From Candidatus Omnitrophota bacterium (GTDB lineage: Bacteria > Omnitrophota > Omnitrophia > Omnitrophales > Aquincolibacteriaceae), in assembly GCA_003140935.1 (NCBI GenBank), contig PLLJ01000045.1, positions 2,767-66,766 on the forward strand: 64,000 nucleotides of DNA, in the 5' to 3' direction. The position numbers were made by a program, and so were the translations under genes. Under the pieces are notes generated by a model. It did no database searches. It was not told the origin of the DNA and saw only the letters and a program-made list of their open reading frames with translations. Below, piece after piece: positions 1-9,811 of the stretch. Within the stretch, counting starts at the first letter, position 1; each line of letters begins with the position of its first letter.

Positions 1-2033
1 AGCTGTTCGAACCCCCGGATCTTTTCCACGCTCCCAAGCTCCTCCTGGGATACCGGACGGCCTTTTGCTTTAAGAAAATGGTTGTAGAGGATCTTATAAA
101 GGAATGTGCTTTTCCCGGAACCGGAGACGCCCGTCAGGACCGTGAATTTTCCGATCGGGATCTCCACATGGATATTTTTCAGATTGTGCGCCTTCGCGTT
201 CCGGACCACGATCTTATGTTTTGCCGGGGCCGTCCTGCGGGCCTTCCGCTCGATCCCGCGCTTTCCGGCCAGGTATTCCCCGGTGACCGATCCCGGATGA
301 CGTTTGAGTTCTTCCACGCTTCCTTGGAAAATAAGTTCCCCGCCTTTGGCGCCTCCCTGGGGCCCGAGATCGATCACGCAATCCGCGGCGCCGATCATGG
401 TCCGGTCATGCTCCACGACCACGACCGTGTTCCCAAGATCGCGAAGCTTTTGCAGGAGCACGATCAGCATCTGATTATCGCGCTCATGAAGGCCGATGCT
501 GGGCTCATCTAGCACGTAAAGGGTATCCACCAGGGCCGACCCCAGAGAACTGGCCAGATGGATGCGCTCCACCTCGCCGCCCGAAAGCGTGCGCGACGTA
601 CGGTCCAGCGTGAGATACCCGAGCCCGACGTCCTTGAGGAACCGCGTGCGGCTGAGAAGCTCCGCCCAAACAGGTTCCACCTTTTCTTTTTCCTCCGGGG
701 TCAGGGGCAACGTCTCGAGAAATCGAAGCAGCTCTTCGATGCCCAAGGCCTGGACCTCGGCGATGTTCTTTCCGCCGATCCAAAAATCCAGCGCTTCTGT
801 TTTGAGGCGCGTCATCCGGCAAGTCCCGCAGGGTGCGTAACCGCGGTAGCGGTTGAGAAAGATCCGTACGTGCATCTTGTAGGTCCTTTTGTTCATGTAC
901 TCAAAGAACTCCCGGACGCTTACGAAGTCGTCGCCGGGATAGCCCTCGAGGATCCACTTGCGGTACCGGGGCTTGAGCTTCACCCATGGTATGCGGATCG
1001 GAATGCGCTTGCGCTGGCAGAAATCGAGGAACTGCCCTTGTTCCCAGCGGGTGCTGGCCTTGGTCCAGGGTTCGATGGCCCCCTCACGGATCGATTTGGA
1101 TCCGTCCGGAACGACAAGATCCGGATCAACCGTAATGACACGGCCGAATCCCTGGCAGGACGGACAGGCGCCGAGAGGACTGTTGAAAGAAAAAAGGTTC
1201 GGGGACGGTTCCAGGAATGACCGCCCGCACGAAAAGCACCTGGGTTTTTCCGAAAATTTCAGGATCTTGCCCGCAACCCACACCTGGGCTTCGCCGCGTC
1301 CCAGGCGGAAGGCCTGTTCCAGAGAATCGGTGAGCCGCTCTTGACCGGAGAGGTCGATCTTCAAAAGATCCACGCTTACCAAGAGCTCGCTTAAAACGGC
1401 CTTTTTTTCGATCAGAGCCGCCGCGTCGAGCCATTCACCGCCGTTCCGCCAGACAGCGTCGGCGGATCCGTCCAATGCATTATGGCGGACATGAAAAAAT
1501 CCGCTGAAACCCTGCCGCTCCAGTTCTTCCAGATTTTCACGCAAATATTTCGGGCTCTTTTTCCCAAGCGTCACTTGAAAAGCAACGCGTGCTTCCTGGC
1601 CCATGAACTCCGCGACGAGAGTCGTTGCCACTTTACGAGGATCGTATTTTTCAACGGGAACGTGACACGCCGGACACCGCAAACGCCCCGCGCGCGCAAA
1701 AAGGACCCGCAAGTGATCGTTGATCTCGGTCTGAGTCCCGACCGTCGAACGGGCGTTGGTGATGGTATTTTTCGCTTGGATGGCCAGGGCCGGAGGAACG
1801 CCTGAGGCGGACTCCAGGTCGGGTTTGGCCATCCGTTCGAGGAATTGACGCGCGTAAGCGGAAACAGATTCGATATAGCGGCGCTGGCCTTCGGCATAGA
1901 GCGTGTCGAAAGCCAGGGAAGATTTCCCGGAGCCGGAGACACCGGTGATGACGTAGAGTTTCCGGTGCGGGAGTTTAAGATCGAGGTTCTTTAAATTGTG
2001 GGTTCTGACCCCACGGAGCTGGATCGCATCCAA
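1..2033 (-). CDS. uvrA: Excinuclease ABC subunit A (UvrA), N-terminal ~677 aa; C-terminus lies beyond the window start
   Basis: Minus-strand translation from a TTG start at 2033 gives MDAIQLRGVRTHNLKNLDLKLPHRKLYVITGVSGSGKSS (Walker A). Further in frame: LFSFNSPLGACPSCQGFG zinc finger, LSGGE signature, DEPSIGLH Walker B, and a second GVSGSGKST Walker A near nt ~100. Frame is continuous to the window edge. Confidence 0.85.
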   Translation of the reverse strand, partial: MDAIQLRGVRTHNLKNLDLKLPHRKLYVITGVSGSGKSSLAFDTLYAEGQRRYIESVSAYARQFLERMAKPDLESASGVPPALAIQAKNTITNARSTVGTQTEINDHLRVLFARAGRLRCPACHVPVEKYDPRKVATTLVAEFMGQEARVAFQVTLGKKSPKYLRENLEELERQGFSGFFHVRHNALDGSADAVWRNGGEWLDAAALIEKKAVLSELLVSVDLLKIDLSGQERLTDSLEQAFRLGRGEAQVWVAGKILKFSEKPRCFSCGRSFLEPSPNLFSFNSPLGACPSCQGFGRVITVDPDLVVPDGSKSIREGAIEPWTKASTRWEQGQFLDFCQRKRIPIRIPWVKLKPRYRKWILEGYPGDDFVSVREFFEYMNKRTYKMHVRIFLNRYRGYAPCGTCRMTRLKTEALDFWIGGKNIAEVQALGIEELLRFLETLPLTPEEKEKVEPVWAELLSRTRFLKDVGLGYLTLDRTSRTLSGGEVERIHLASSLGSALVDTLYVLDEPSIGLHERDNQMLIVLLQKLRDLGNTVVVVEHDRTMIGAADCVIDLGPQGGAKGGELIFQGSVEELKRHPGSVTGEYLAGKRGIERKARRTAPAKHKIVVRNAKAHNLKNIHVEIPIGKFTVLTGVSGSGKSTFLYKILYNHFLKAKGRPVSQEELGSVEKIRGFEQ

Positions 2034-2040
2034 GGGCGGA

Positions 2041-2433
2041 TCACGACTTGATCTCGCGGCCCAAAGCTTCGCCGATGGCTTCCAGAAGCTTTTTTCCGCC
2101 AAAGACCTTTTGACTTTTGGGATCGATGGAGACCGACGTCGTTTCGCGATCCACGCGCTTGACCACGAACGTGATGACCCTTAGGTCGGAGTCATCGAAA
2201 CGGCTATAATTCATGTCCCGTACGCTGATCAAGCCTTTCTCTTTATCGGTCTCCTCAAGCTGCCAGTTCTCTATGGCAGTGAGAACATCCAGCGTTCGCA
2301 AATAGGTCAGATCGTACGGAAGCTTGTAGACGAACACTTCATCATTGGGCGGAAGGACTTCTCCGACGGTATTACATCCGGCAAGACCCAGCCCCAAGAT
2401 CAGAACGAGTACGAACTTTGAAAAATAATTCAT
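2041..2433 (-). CDS. Small lipoprotein (signal peptide + LAGC lipobox), function unknown
   Basis: ORF track 130 aa; N-terminus MNYFSKFVLVLILGLGLAGC. Confidence 0.6.
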   Translation of the reverse strand: MNYFSKFVLVLILGLGLAGCNTVGEVLPPNDEVFVYKLPYDLTYLRTLDVLTAIENWQLEETDKEKGLISVRDMNYSRFDDSDLRVITFVVKRVDRETTSVSIDPKSQKVFGGKKLLEAIGEALGREIKS

Positions 2434-2443
2434 GGGATGTCTC

Positions 2444-5400
2444 CTAAAATTTTCCGGTCATGCGCACAAACGGCCCATGACTTTTGAAACTATTCGTGTC
2501 ACGAAGGTCATCGCTGAAGTCAGTGAAATTATACCCCACCCCGAGCCGCACGTATTCATAAAATTCACGGTCAACTTCCACCAGGGCGCCTTGCTTCAAG
2601 GTATCCAAGGCATACGACTGCATCAGGATCCGGTACTCAAGCGCCAAGTCCCATTTGCGTGTCACGTGGAAATTGATGCGGTTCGCGGTCAGGAACGTGT
2701 TGACGTCCACCTTGTCGCCCACAGCGGAATTGACCACCGAATGTTTGAAGGCCAATTTCTCGGCCAAACCGAAATAGCGGTTCACGTCATAAGCCACATC
2801 AGTCGCAAGGATATGGGCCTCTTGGTCGAATTGGAAACCGTTGTATTGAGTGTCGTTGTATTGCTGGCTGGCGCCGACGTCCTTCAGAAAAGTGTACCGT
2901 GCCAATAAGTTCAGTTTATCAAGCTTGATGGGTCGGTAGGCAAACCCCGTACTGCCCTCCACAAAGTTCGCGGGAGTATTGGCCGGATCGTATTGACGGG
3001 TATCCCCGTAATTGAAGTAGGAAAGAAAACCCAGATCTTCGGTGATCTGGTAACTGAAAGAGTTGCGCGTGACGATCTGCGCCATTTTGGGGGCATCTTT
3101 ATCGCCGCGCAATTCCCAGTAGGTTCGCGCCCGGAACTTCTTCCCGCTCGCATAGGCGAGGTTGACGCCGGCGGTGTTGAAATCATTAGCGCGGGCAAGT
3201 GAATTCTGGGCCGCCTGATCGATCAGGCGCGTACTGGAATTCTCCAAGTGGCGGCGCTCGTACTTGGCTCCGTAATCCCAATGATCCCCTGCCTTTCCTT
3301 CATAACCCAGAATGTCCGCGAAGCCGTCGCTTCCCTGATAGGAGGAATATTCGCGTTCGGAATACATGCGCGATTTTTCGGTAAGCGCGAACGAATTTCC
3401 GATGGCCGTCGAAAGCGTCTTGTCCCCGATCCCGCGGTCTTCAGAACGGATGTTCGCATAACTCCGGGCGCCGTTCCCGTGCTGGCGCTCAAACCCGAAA
3501 TAGGTCGAATCCCCCAGAGGCCCGACCATTTCTTCCAGATAAGCAAAAAGATTATTCAAGATCTCATAACGCACGCCGCCGCCGAACTGCTGATCGCTCT
3601 TTCCGCCGATCGCGGTCTGGACCTTCACGTAAGGAAGCAGGCGATCGTTGATGTGATAGCCCAGTTTCCCCGTGACGCCGTTCTTAAAGGGGAACTGATT
3701 GGTGAGATCGGGTATCAGGTTCCCGACATCCTGCACCTCATCCAGATTGCGGCGTTGATATTCCAGTTCCGCGAGATATTTCGCGTCGTCATAAATGATC
3801 TGCGCGGTTTGGGTTTCGAGCGACTGGAACGGCTCCTGGGTATTCGTCACATCGAGCGGCATGAGCTGACTGAGGACCTCATTGCGATCGAAACGATAGC
3901 GAACGGACAAATTGTCCGTGAACTTGTACCGTGTGGCTAAGCCGTATTTTTCAAAACCTTCCTGATCCCGCATATAACCGTTCGAAAAACCCGGATTCAC
4001 GCCCTGGACATAACCGCTCGTTTCCAGTTTTTTTACAGGTTCTGAAGAGGCCTTGATGAGATAAGCGTCTTCCTGGGGCCGCGTATGCCTCCCGTTCAAA
4101 GGACCCAGACCCGCGTAGCTGATACCGCCGTCATAAGAGATCTCGGTCCCCGTCTGCTGGTTGATCGTTCTGGCATACTCCGCCGTGACCTTTGTGTTGC
4201 GTCCGAACTTCATCATGGCGTCCACGCCGGCCATGTCATAATCTCCACCGGGCCGGCTTTCCTGGACCCCGGTCGCGCCGATCCTTACGTGATCTCCCAT
4301 CCAGGTGTAGCCGCGTACGCCTTGGTTTGCGATCGAGGGGACCGCGTTGCTAGGGTCGAATTCATAATCGACGATCAAAACGACCGGACTCCCGTCCAGG
4401 ATGTCGGTCGAAGTCATCGTATCGGCCGCGGCCACGGAGGAAAGCGGCCGGGTAAGCATAATGCGGCCTTCGGGGTAATTGATCTCGTAATCCAAGCCCT
4501 CCTGCAGGTCATAACTGGAGACGGTCATATTCTGGATCTTGTCGCGGATCTCGACGCGGATCTTTTCGCTGCCTTCGATGATGTTACGGTTACGCGTGTA
4601 GAAAAGCGAACCGCCCGTGGCATAAAGCTCGTTATGGTCCGCCTGGTGCGAGGATTTTGCGCTAAAGACCTTGAACCCGCGTTTCGGATCGCCGTAGGCC
4701 GTGCTATCCACCGTATCAAAATTGATCTTCAGCCCAGAAAGCGTGCGGTTGTACGTGGCGAGCTCCGTATCCGTGAACTCGGTCTTGAAGCTTCCCCATT
4801 GGGCGTAGGAGCGGTCCATCTCGACCAGCACGTAAAGCTTTTGGGCCGTGTCCTGCGCCTGATAGTCGCGCGTCGAATTGTCCCCATAGATTGGATAATA
4901 GTCGTTCGGATTGAGGTTCGTGAAAAGCCCGTTGCGCTTATCGGCGGTGTCGTACTTGGCCTTCACAAGGAACTTGCCCTTGAGCTTGCCCTTCAAAAAG
5001 AAAGACGCACGCCCTTGTTCGCGGAACCCGTCGCGGTAAACCTCTGAGTCCGCGGCTTCCATCGCGCCGCTCGCCTCGTTCAGGCCCAACTGTTCTTCTC
5101 CCAAGGCCACCATGAAAAAGGTGCTGTCCTTCACCTTGATCTTCTTGTTGAAGCTTGTGGTCTCGCCCTCCGGCGTCGTGGCTGAAATAGCCACTTCATA
5201 TTCACCAGGCTCCACGAAGAATTCTTTCTGGAAGAGACCGCTTTCTCCGTCCACGGTCACGGGAGTATCGTTGATCATGATCTTATTTTTGGGTTGGGTC
5301 TTGCCCTGCACGCGGACCGTGGGCTTCGCCACAAGCGGAATGCTCCGCTGTCCGTCCTTCAAAAGATTGAAATCGCCGACCGGCGGGATCTCGGGATGGT

Positions 5401-7060
5401 AGTTCGGCTTCGCCTTCGGGTCCGATTTGGTCATGACCTCGAAAAATTTAAGCGCCGTCCAGTCTTCGCGGTTCTTCGCGTCGCGGACCTTGAATTGATA
5501 GGAATAGATCCCGGGCTTGATCAAAAGGCCCGACTCCGTGATCCCGGACCAGGTCACTTCCGGAGGCGGATGCCCGACCCCGTAGCCGGTCCATACCGGT
5601 TGCCCCATGGCATCACGGACTTCCAAGGTCCATTTTTTGATGAATTTCCCGTAATTATTATCGAACGTGAATATCGGTTCTTTTTCGAGAACCCCGATCC
5701 CGATCTTCACGACATCCGGAGATATCTGAACATCAAGGGTCGGCTTAGAAACATCCACGCCCTGCGTGACCATCACCGTCAGATCTTTCCGGAAATTCTC
5801 GGGGATCTCGGACGGCGGCAAAAGCACCGCGAAGTTCGCTTTATTCATAATGCCCGGCGTGGTCTTCACGAGGTACGCCTCTTCCGTGATGAATTTCGTT
5901 CCTTCAGGCAGGCTGTGTCCGTCGATCTTGACCACGTGCTGGCCCGGGGTCACGGCGGGGATGTGGTAGAGACCGTTTTCGTCGGTCACGACCGCGATCC
6001 CTTGTTCGGTGTAAAGACGGACGAACGGAACGCCCTCTTCTCCTTTGTCCTGAACGGTGTTCTGGTTGAGGTCGTTAAAAACTTTTCCGATGATCGTTCC
6101 CTGCTCAAAGACAGGATCCCCCTGCACAAAAAACTTTAGGCCCTGCGTCTCAGAGAGCATGCCGGCTCCCACAATGGAAAATTCCATGGAATATTCTTTT
6201 CCGAGCTCGACCCCGCTCGTCACCATCAACACGAAACTTGTGGAAAAAACAGCCCCCGGAGGCAGGGTCCCGACAGGAATGATCACGGAGCCTTCCCGGA
6301 AGCTGGCTTTTTGCCCGTTCACGCGGATCGTCTTTGTGGCAACGTCGAAACCGTGCGGAAGCGTGGCTCTCAGTTCCACGTTCGTTAAAGTGTTCCCGGA
6401 AGCATTGTTGTAACTGGCATTGATCCCCACGGCGTCCCCCGACGACACATTCTGTTTCGAGGCCGATACGTTCAGCTTCGCCGGAGTTACTTCCCCGTTG
6501 GCCAAGTCAAAACAGACACGCCCGGGAGCGCCCCCGAAAGTCCTGAGGACAAAAACGATGCGCTGTGTTCCCTCAGGCGCCGTGCCCTCCGTTGTGAATG
6601 TTTGGTATCCGGCGCCGGGAAAAGCGTTGGCCTGCGTAATAAACACGGAAGGCGCGGTGGTAATCACCGTATCGGAACCGTCGGGATTGATTTTTTTAAA
6701 TTCGATGACAAGCTGCCCGCCCACTCCGCCGAGGTTGGGAATACTTGATTCCGCTAAAGCGCTGAAAGTGGCGTATTGCCCCGGCTTCACGCCATCCAGG
6801 ACTTGAAAAGTGAAATTGCCGGCAGGACTGCTTTGCACGATCGCGAAAATTCCGTCCGGGACATTGGAGAACCCGGGCGGCTTGGATCCTGGAGCATTGG
6901 TAAAACGGGTGGTCCCGTTCGTGTTGTCCCAGTTCCCGCCCGAGCCGTTCCCGATGTCATTTTCAAAACTGGGATTGCCGAGTCTGTTCGCGAAAGCGAG
7001 CGGCGCACCCAAACTCACAAAACAAAGGAGGAAGCAAACGAACGGAAGGAGAGCTTTCAT
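2444..7060 (-). CDS. Very large (~1538 aa) secreted outer-membrane protein. N-terminal Ig-like/CnaB/SdrD-B-like adhesin-type domains, long C-terminal region ending in aromatic F (putative beta-barrel).
   Basis: ORF track 2444..7255. Probable true start is MKALLPFVCFLLCFVSLGAPLAFA (signal peptide) at 7060. Motif GKVFNDLNQNTVQDKGEEGVPFVRLYTEQGIAVVTDENGLYHI is typical of SdrD B-like/Cna B folds. C-terminus ...HGPFVRMTGKF. Confidence 0.7.
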   Translation of the reverse strand: MKALLPFVCFLLCFVSLGAPLAFANRLGNPSFENDIGNGSGGNWDNTNGTTRFTNAPGSKPPGFSNVPDGIFAIVQSSPAGNFTFQVLDGVKPGQYATFSALAESSIPNLGGVGGQLVIEFKKINPDGSDTVITTAPSVFITQANAFPGAGYQTFTTEGTAPEGTQRIVFVLRTFGGAPGRVCFDLANGEVTPAKLNVSASKQNVSSGDAVGINASYNNASGNTLTNVELRATLPHGFDVATKTIRVNGQKASFREGSVIIPVGTLPPGAVFSTSFVLMVTSGVELGKEYSMEFSIVGAGMLSETQGLKFFVQGDPVFEQGTIIGKVFNDLNQNTVQDKGEEGVPFVRLYTEQGIAVVTDENGLYHIPAVTPGQHVVKIDGHSLPEGTKFITEEAYLVKTTPGIMNKANFAVLLPPSEIPENFRKDLTVMVTQGVDVSKPTLDVQISPDVVKIGIGVLEKEPIFTFDNNYGKFIKKWTLEVRDAMGQPVWTGYGVGHPPPEVTWSGITESGLLIKPGIYSYQFKVRDAKNREDWTALKFFEVMTKSDPKAKPNYHPEIPPVGDFNLLKDGQRSIPLVAKPTVRVQGKTQPKNKIMINDTPVTVDGESGLFQKEFFVEPGEYEVAISATTPEGETTSFNKKIKVKDSTFFMVALGEEQLGLNEASGAMEAADSEVYRDGFREQGRASFFLKGKLKGKFLVKAKYDTADKRNGLFTNLNPNDYYPIYGDNSTRDYQAQDTAQKLYVLVEMDRSYAQWGSFKTEFTDTELATYNRTLSGLKINFDTVDSTAYGDPKRGFKVFSAKSSHQADHNELYATGGSLFYTRNRNIIEGSEKIRVEIRDKIQNMTVSSYDLQEGLDYEINYPEGRIMLTRPLSSVAAADTMTSTDILDGSPVVLIVDYEFDPSNAVPSIANQGVRGYTWMGDHVRIGATGVQESRPGGDYDMAGVDAMMKFGRNTKVTAEYARTINQQTGTEISYDGGISYAGLGPLNGRHTRPQEDAYLIKASSEPVKKLETSGYVQGVNPGFSNGYMRDQEGFEKYGLATRYKFTDNLSVRYRFDRNEVLSQLMPLDVTNTQEPFQSLETQTAQIIYDDAKYLAELEYQRRNLDEVQDVGNLIPDLTNQFPFKNGVTGKLGYHINDRLLPYVKVQTAIGGKSDQQFGGGVRYEILNNLFAYLEEMVGPLGDSTYFGFERQHGNGARSYANIRSEDRGIGDKTLSTAIGNSFALTEKSRMYSEREYSSYQGSDGFADILGYEGKAGDHWDYGAKYERRHLENSSTRLIDQAAQNSLARANDFNTAGVNLAYASGKKFRARTYWELRGDKDAPKMAQIVTRNSFSYQITEDLGFLSYFNYGDTRQYDPANTPANFVEGSTGFAYRPIKLDKLNLLARYTFLKDVGASQQYNDTQYNGFQFDQEAHILATDVAYDVNRYFGLAEKLAFKHSVVNSAVGDKVDVNTFLTANRINFHVTRKWDLALEYRILMQSYALDTLKQGALVEVDREFYEYVRLGVGYNFTDFSDDLRDTNSFKSHGPFVRMTGKF

Positions 7061-7121
7061 TCTTTCGCCGCTTTTTTGTTTTGTGGAAGATCGAACGTTC
7101 ATAGGCTCCATGTCTTTTTGA

Positions 7122-8945
7122 TTAAAACCGACGGCTCGAGAACTTGACGCCGAAGCGAAGGTCGTAATGGGGAATAAGCGGCGGTTCACCATCTTGTTTG
7201 GCGAACTGGGTCCCGCCCACTCCGACGAATTCGCCGAAGATCGCCGTCTTAGCAAGCCACTCGTTCTCTTTCCACCGTTCGGTCCTGAACGGCATGATCC
7301 TCAGACCTGCGGCGACAAAGTATTGGTTCTGGTAAAAGAACGAAAAGGAGGCATTATTGACGTGCTCGAAGCGCATGTAAGGCATCAAAACAAGTTCGTC
7401 ATTAATGTAGTTTTGCGGCAGCGGGATCCCGGGAAGTTTGATGCCCAGGGTGACTTCTGAGTTAGCAATGAAAGCATTAAAGCTTTTTTCGGAACTGAAA
7501 TTGGTCTTGGAAACGAAATAATTCCCGAAATATTCGCCCCAGACATACTGGTGAAGGTAATCCGAGAAAACCTCGGGTTTCGTCTCGCCAAGCGACGGCG
7601 GTTCTGTGCCCCATTCGTAGTAACACTGAAGACCCCAGACTAGATCGTTGTCACGGCTGTTCGTGATATTGTCCTTGATATTGAATTGATCACCGTACTT
7701 GATATAAAAACGGTAATTCCGCATCCACTCCAGGATCGGGATCCCCCCGAACGGCTGGAAATTCTCAACCCAGGGATTGCGGGCAAGGGGCCGCCATTCC
7801 AAACCTGCCCAAAGCTGTAAATTGCTGGCAAAGTCCGCGGAATCGGACTGCAGGCTGACCGTTTCTTCGATGAAGGGAGAGATATTATCCAGCGGAAAAC
7901 GGATCCCGCTAAAGACCAGGCGATTGGTCCAAAAACCCACCTGCGTGTCGAAGCCTTTGGCCGCGAGGTTGGTCTGGCGCCAAGAGGTCTCGCCGAAGGA
8001 TTGCCACGTGATCGCGGTGCCGCAAGGCGTTCCTTGGAGGACCCCGTACATCTTCTCACCGATGCCCATCTGGTCGGTGAATTTGAGGATGAGTTCTTCT
8101 TCTTTTTTGAATTGTGCGGGCGTTTTGACCTCGATGGGTTTTTCCGCCTCGGGCACATAAACCGGCGCGCTGCGCACGGCCTCGGCGAAATTCCCGCCCC
8201 GCGATTCCACATTCGCTTTACTCGCAATGATCGCGGTCATAGCCTCTTCAGAAGACGCAAACGCCCGGTCCCCGACCCAAAACAGATCCGTGACCTGGCC
8301 CTTCGCGTTGGGGATAGGAAGCTGGCGTATTTCGACCCCTTCGAAATTAGCCGTCTTGAGGTTCTTCTTGATGTAATCGTCGACAGCCTTCACGTCTTTA
8401 AGACCGGAAAGGTGACGGGACTTCACGGCCCCGCCGCCAAAATCCGTCACGATGGAAAATTCGGCGTCCTGCTCACGGGAGTGGCTCTTGAGGACCGGAA
8501 ATCCACGGACCTCGCTCATTTTATGATCGAGCTTTTGCGGGGCCGCGGCAAAAAATTGTTCGGCGAAAAGGTTGGTCGTATGTTCGACCCGGCCTTCAAG
8601 CTGAGAGGCGCGATGGATTCCGGCGGCCGGGGACCGAACGGGTTTTGTTTCTGCGACGGGTGGGGTCATAGGTTGAATCTCAGCCCCAGAAGAAGCCGCG
8701 GGTTGGACCTGAGCCGCAAGCGGGGGGACTTGCTCTGTGGTCACGGCCGGGACCGGGGCAGGTTTTGTTTCCGCGGCAGGTGGAGCAGCAGGTTGGGCCG
8801 CGGGTTGGGCCGCGGGTTGGGCTTCGGCCGTAGAAACGGCCGCGGGTTCTATTTCAACAACGGGAGTTTTTTCTTCGGCAAAAGATGGGAAAGCTGCGGA
8901 TAGAAAAAAAGCAATGAAGAATATTAAAAAGTTTTTAATTCTCAT
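7122..8945 (-). CDS. Secreted outer-membrane protein (~607 aa) with Pro/Ala-rich linker (AAQPAAQPAAQP) and C-terminal putative beta-barrel ending in F
   Basis: ORF track 7122..8984. Signal peptide MRIKNFLIFFIAFFLSAAFPSFA begins at 8945. Alternating amphipathic strands toward C-terminus, terminal ...FSSRRF. Confidence 0.6.
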   Translation of the reverse strand: MRIKNFLIFFIAFFLSAAFPSFAEEKTPVVEIEPAAVSTAEAQPAAQPAAQPAAPPAAETKPAPVPAVTTEQVPPLAAQVQPAASSGAEIQPMTPPVAETKPVRSPAAGIHRASQLEGRVEHTTNLFAEQFFAAAPQKLDHKMSEVRGFPVLKSHSREQDAEFSIVTDFGGGAVKSRHLSGLKDVKAVDDYIKKNLKTANFEGVEIRQLPIPNAKGQVTDLFWVGDRAFASSEEAMTAIIASKANVESRGGNFAEAVRSAPVYVPEAEKPIEVKTPAQFKKEEELILKFTDQMGIGEKMYGVLQGTPCGTAITWQSFGETSWRQTNLAAKGFDTQVGFWTNRLVFSGIRFPLDNISPFIEETVSLQSDSADFASNLQLWAGLEWRPLARNPWVENFQPFGGIPILEWMRNYRFYIKYGDQFNIKDNITNSRDNDLVWGLQCYYEWGTEPPSLGETKPEVFSDYLHQYVWGEYFGNYFVSKTNFSSEKSFNAFIANSEVTLGIKLPGIPLPQNYINDELVLMPYMRFEHVNNASFSFFYQNQYFVAAGLRIMPFRTERWKENEWLAKTAIFGEFVGVGGTQFAKQDGEPPLIPHYDLRFGVKFSSRRF

Positions 8946-9007
8946 CGCCAATAAGTTTTTTCTTTTCGTTGTAACGCATTGCAAAACTTAGGGTAAGGAA
9001 CTGCCGC

Positions 9008-9811
9008 TTACGCTATGCCCAGCACCTGAGGCATATGATAAAGACCCTGCTTCTTTTTCGCAAGAAATTTTGCCGCCAAAAGCGCCCCGCGGGCAAAAGC
9101 TTCGCGCGAGGAAGCCTTGTGGACCAGTTCGATCCGTTCTCCGTCCCCGAAAAAAGATACCGTGTGGTCCCCGACCACGTCCCCGCCCCGGAGCGCGAGC
9201 ACCCCGATCTTGCCTTTTTCACGAACACCGGTCTCGCCTTTGCGCCCGTAAACCACATCCTTATTCATGTCACGGCCCCTGGCCCCAAGCAGGACCTCCA
9301 GGAGCTTCATGGCGGTACCGCTCGGCGCGTCCTTCTTCATCCGGTGATGGATCTCCATGATCTCAAGATCGTAGCTTTCATCCAGCGCTTTTCCCGCGAT
9401 CGCGGCCAGCTTGAAAAGCAGGTTCACGCCCACGCTCATGTTGGGAGATTGCACGATCGGGATCTTACGGGAAGCTGCCTGGATCTGCCGGAGCATGGGA
9501 GCCGGGATCCCCGTAGTCCCGATCACACACGCCGTGTGCGTTTTAAGAGCGGCTTTGAGATTCTCCCGAAGCGCCGAAAAATGGCTGAAATCGATCAGAA
9601 CATCCGCATGTTTCATCGCGGCAGTCGCGTCCTGGGTGATCTTCACGCCCATGAGGTCCCCACCGAGCACCGGCCCGAGGTCCTGGCCCAAAGCGGCATG
9701 CCCGCGTTCTTCAAGCCCGCCCACGATCTTGAAAGCTTTGTCCCGGCTCGCCAGCTGAAGGATGGTCTTTCCCATCCGTCCCGCAGCGCCTGCCATGACG
9801 AGCTTGATCAT
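9008..9811 (-). CDS. dapB: 4-hydroxy-tetrahydrodipicolinate reductase
   Basis: MIKLVMAGAAGRMGKTI... N-terminal NAD(P)-binding GxxGxxG; full-length similarity pattern to DapB. Confidence 0.9.
   Translation of the reverse strand: MIKLVMAGAAGRMGKTILQLASRDKAFKIVGGLEERGHAALGQDLGPVLGGDLMGVKITQDATAAMKHADVLIDFSHFSALRENLKAALKTHTACVIGTTGIPAPMLRQIQAASRKIPIVQSPNMSVGVNLLFKLAAIAGKALDESYDLEIMEIHHRMKKDAPSGTAMKLLEVLLGARGRDMNKDVVYGRKGETGVREKGKIGVLALRGGDVVGDHTVSFFGDGERIELVHKASSREAFARGALLAAKFLAKKKQGLYHMPQVLGIA

Noticed and set aside
1-25. tRNA-like T-loop strings (ggttcgaac at the window start; aggttcgaaacc at about 11775)
   Set aside because: Both are inside verified coding frames (uvrA and the decarboxylase C-terminus) and lack acceptor and anticodon stem context. 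I could support no tRNA or rRNA in the window.
78-1942. Several ORF-track entries on both strands inside the first 2 kb (for example 78..512 +, 558..1220 +, 505..822 -, 1126..1434 -, 1571..1942 -)
   Set aside because: All lie within or antisense to the continuous uvrA reading frame, which I verified by the Walker A, zinc-finger and LSGGE motifs. They are GC-rich alternative-frame artefacts.
2444-7255. N-terminal 65-aa extension of the giant OMP ORF (and similar long extensions on ORFs at 8984, 14581, 20707, 28151, 30280, 38037, 41766, 51763)
   Set aside because: The extensions lack protein-like composition, frequently run through intergenic repeats, and are followed by an internal Met with a clear signal peptide or conserved N-terminus. 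I trimmed the starts accordingly.
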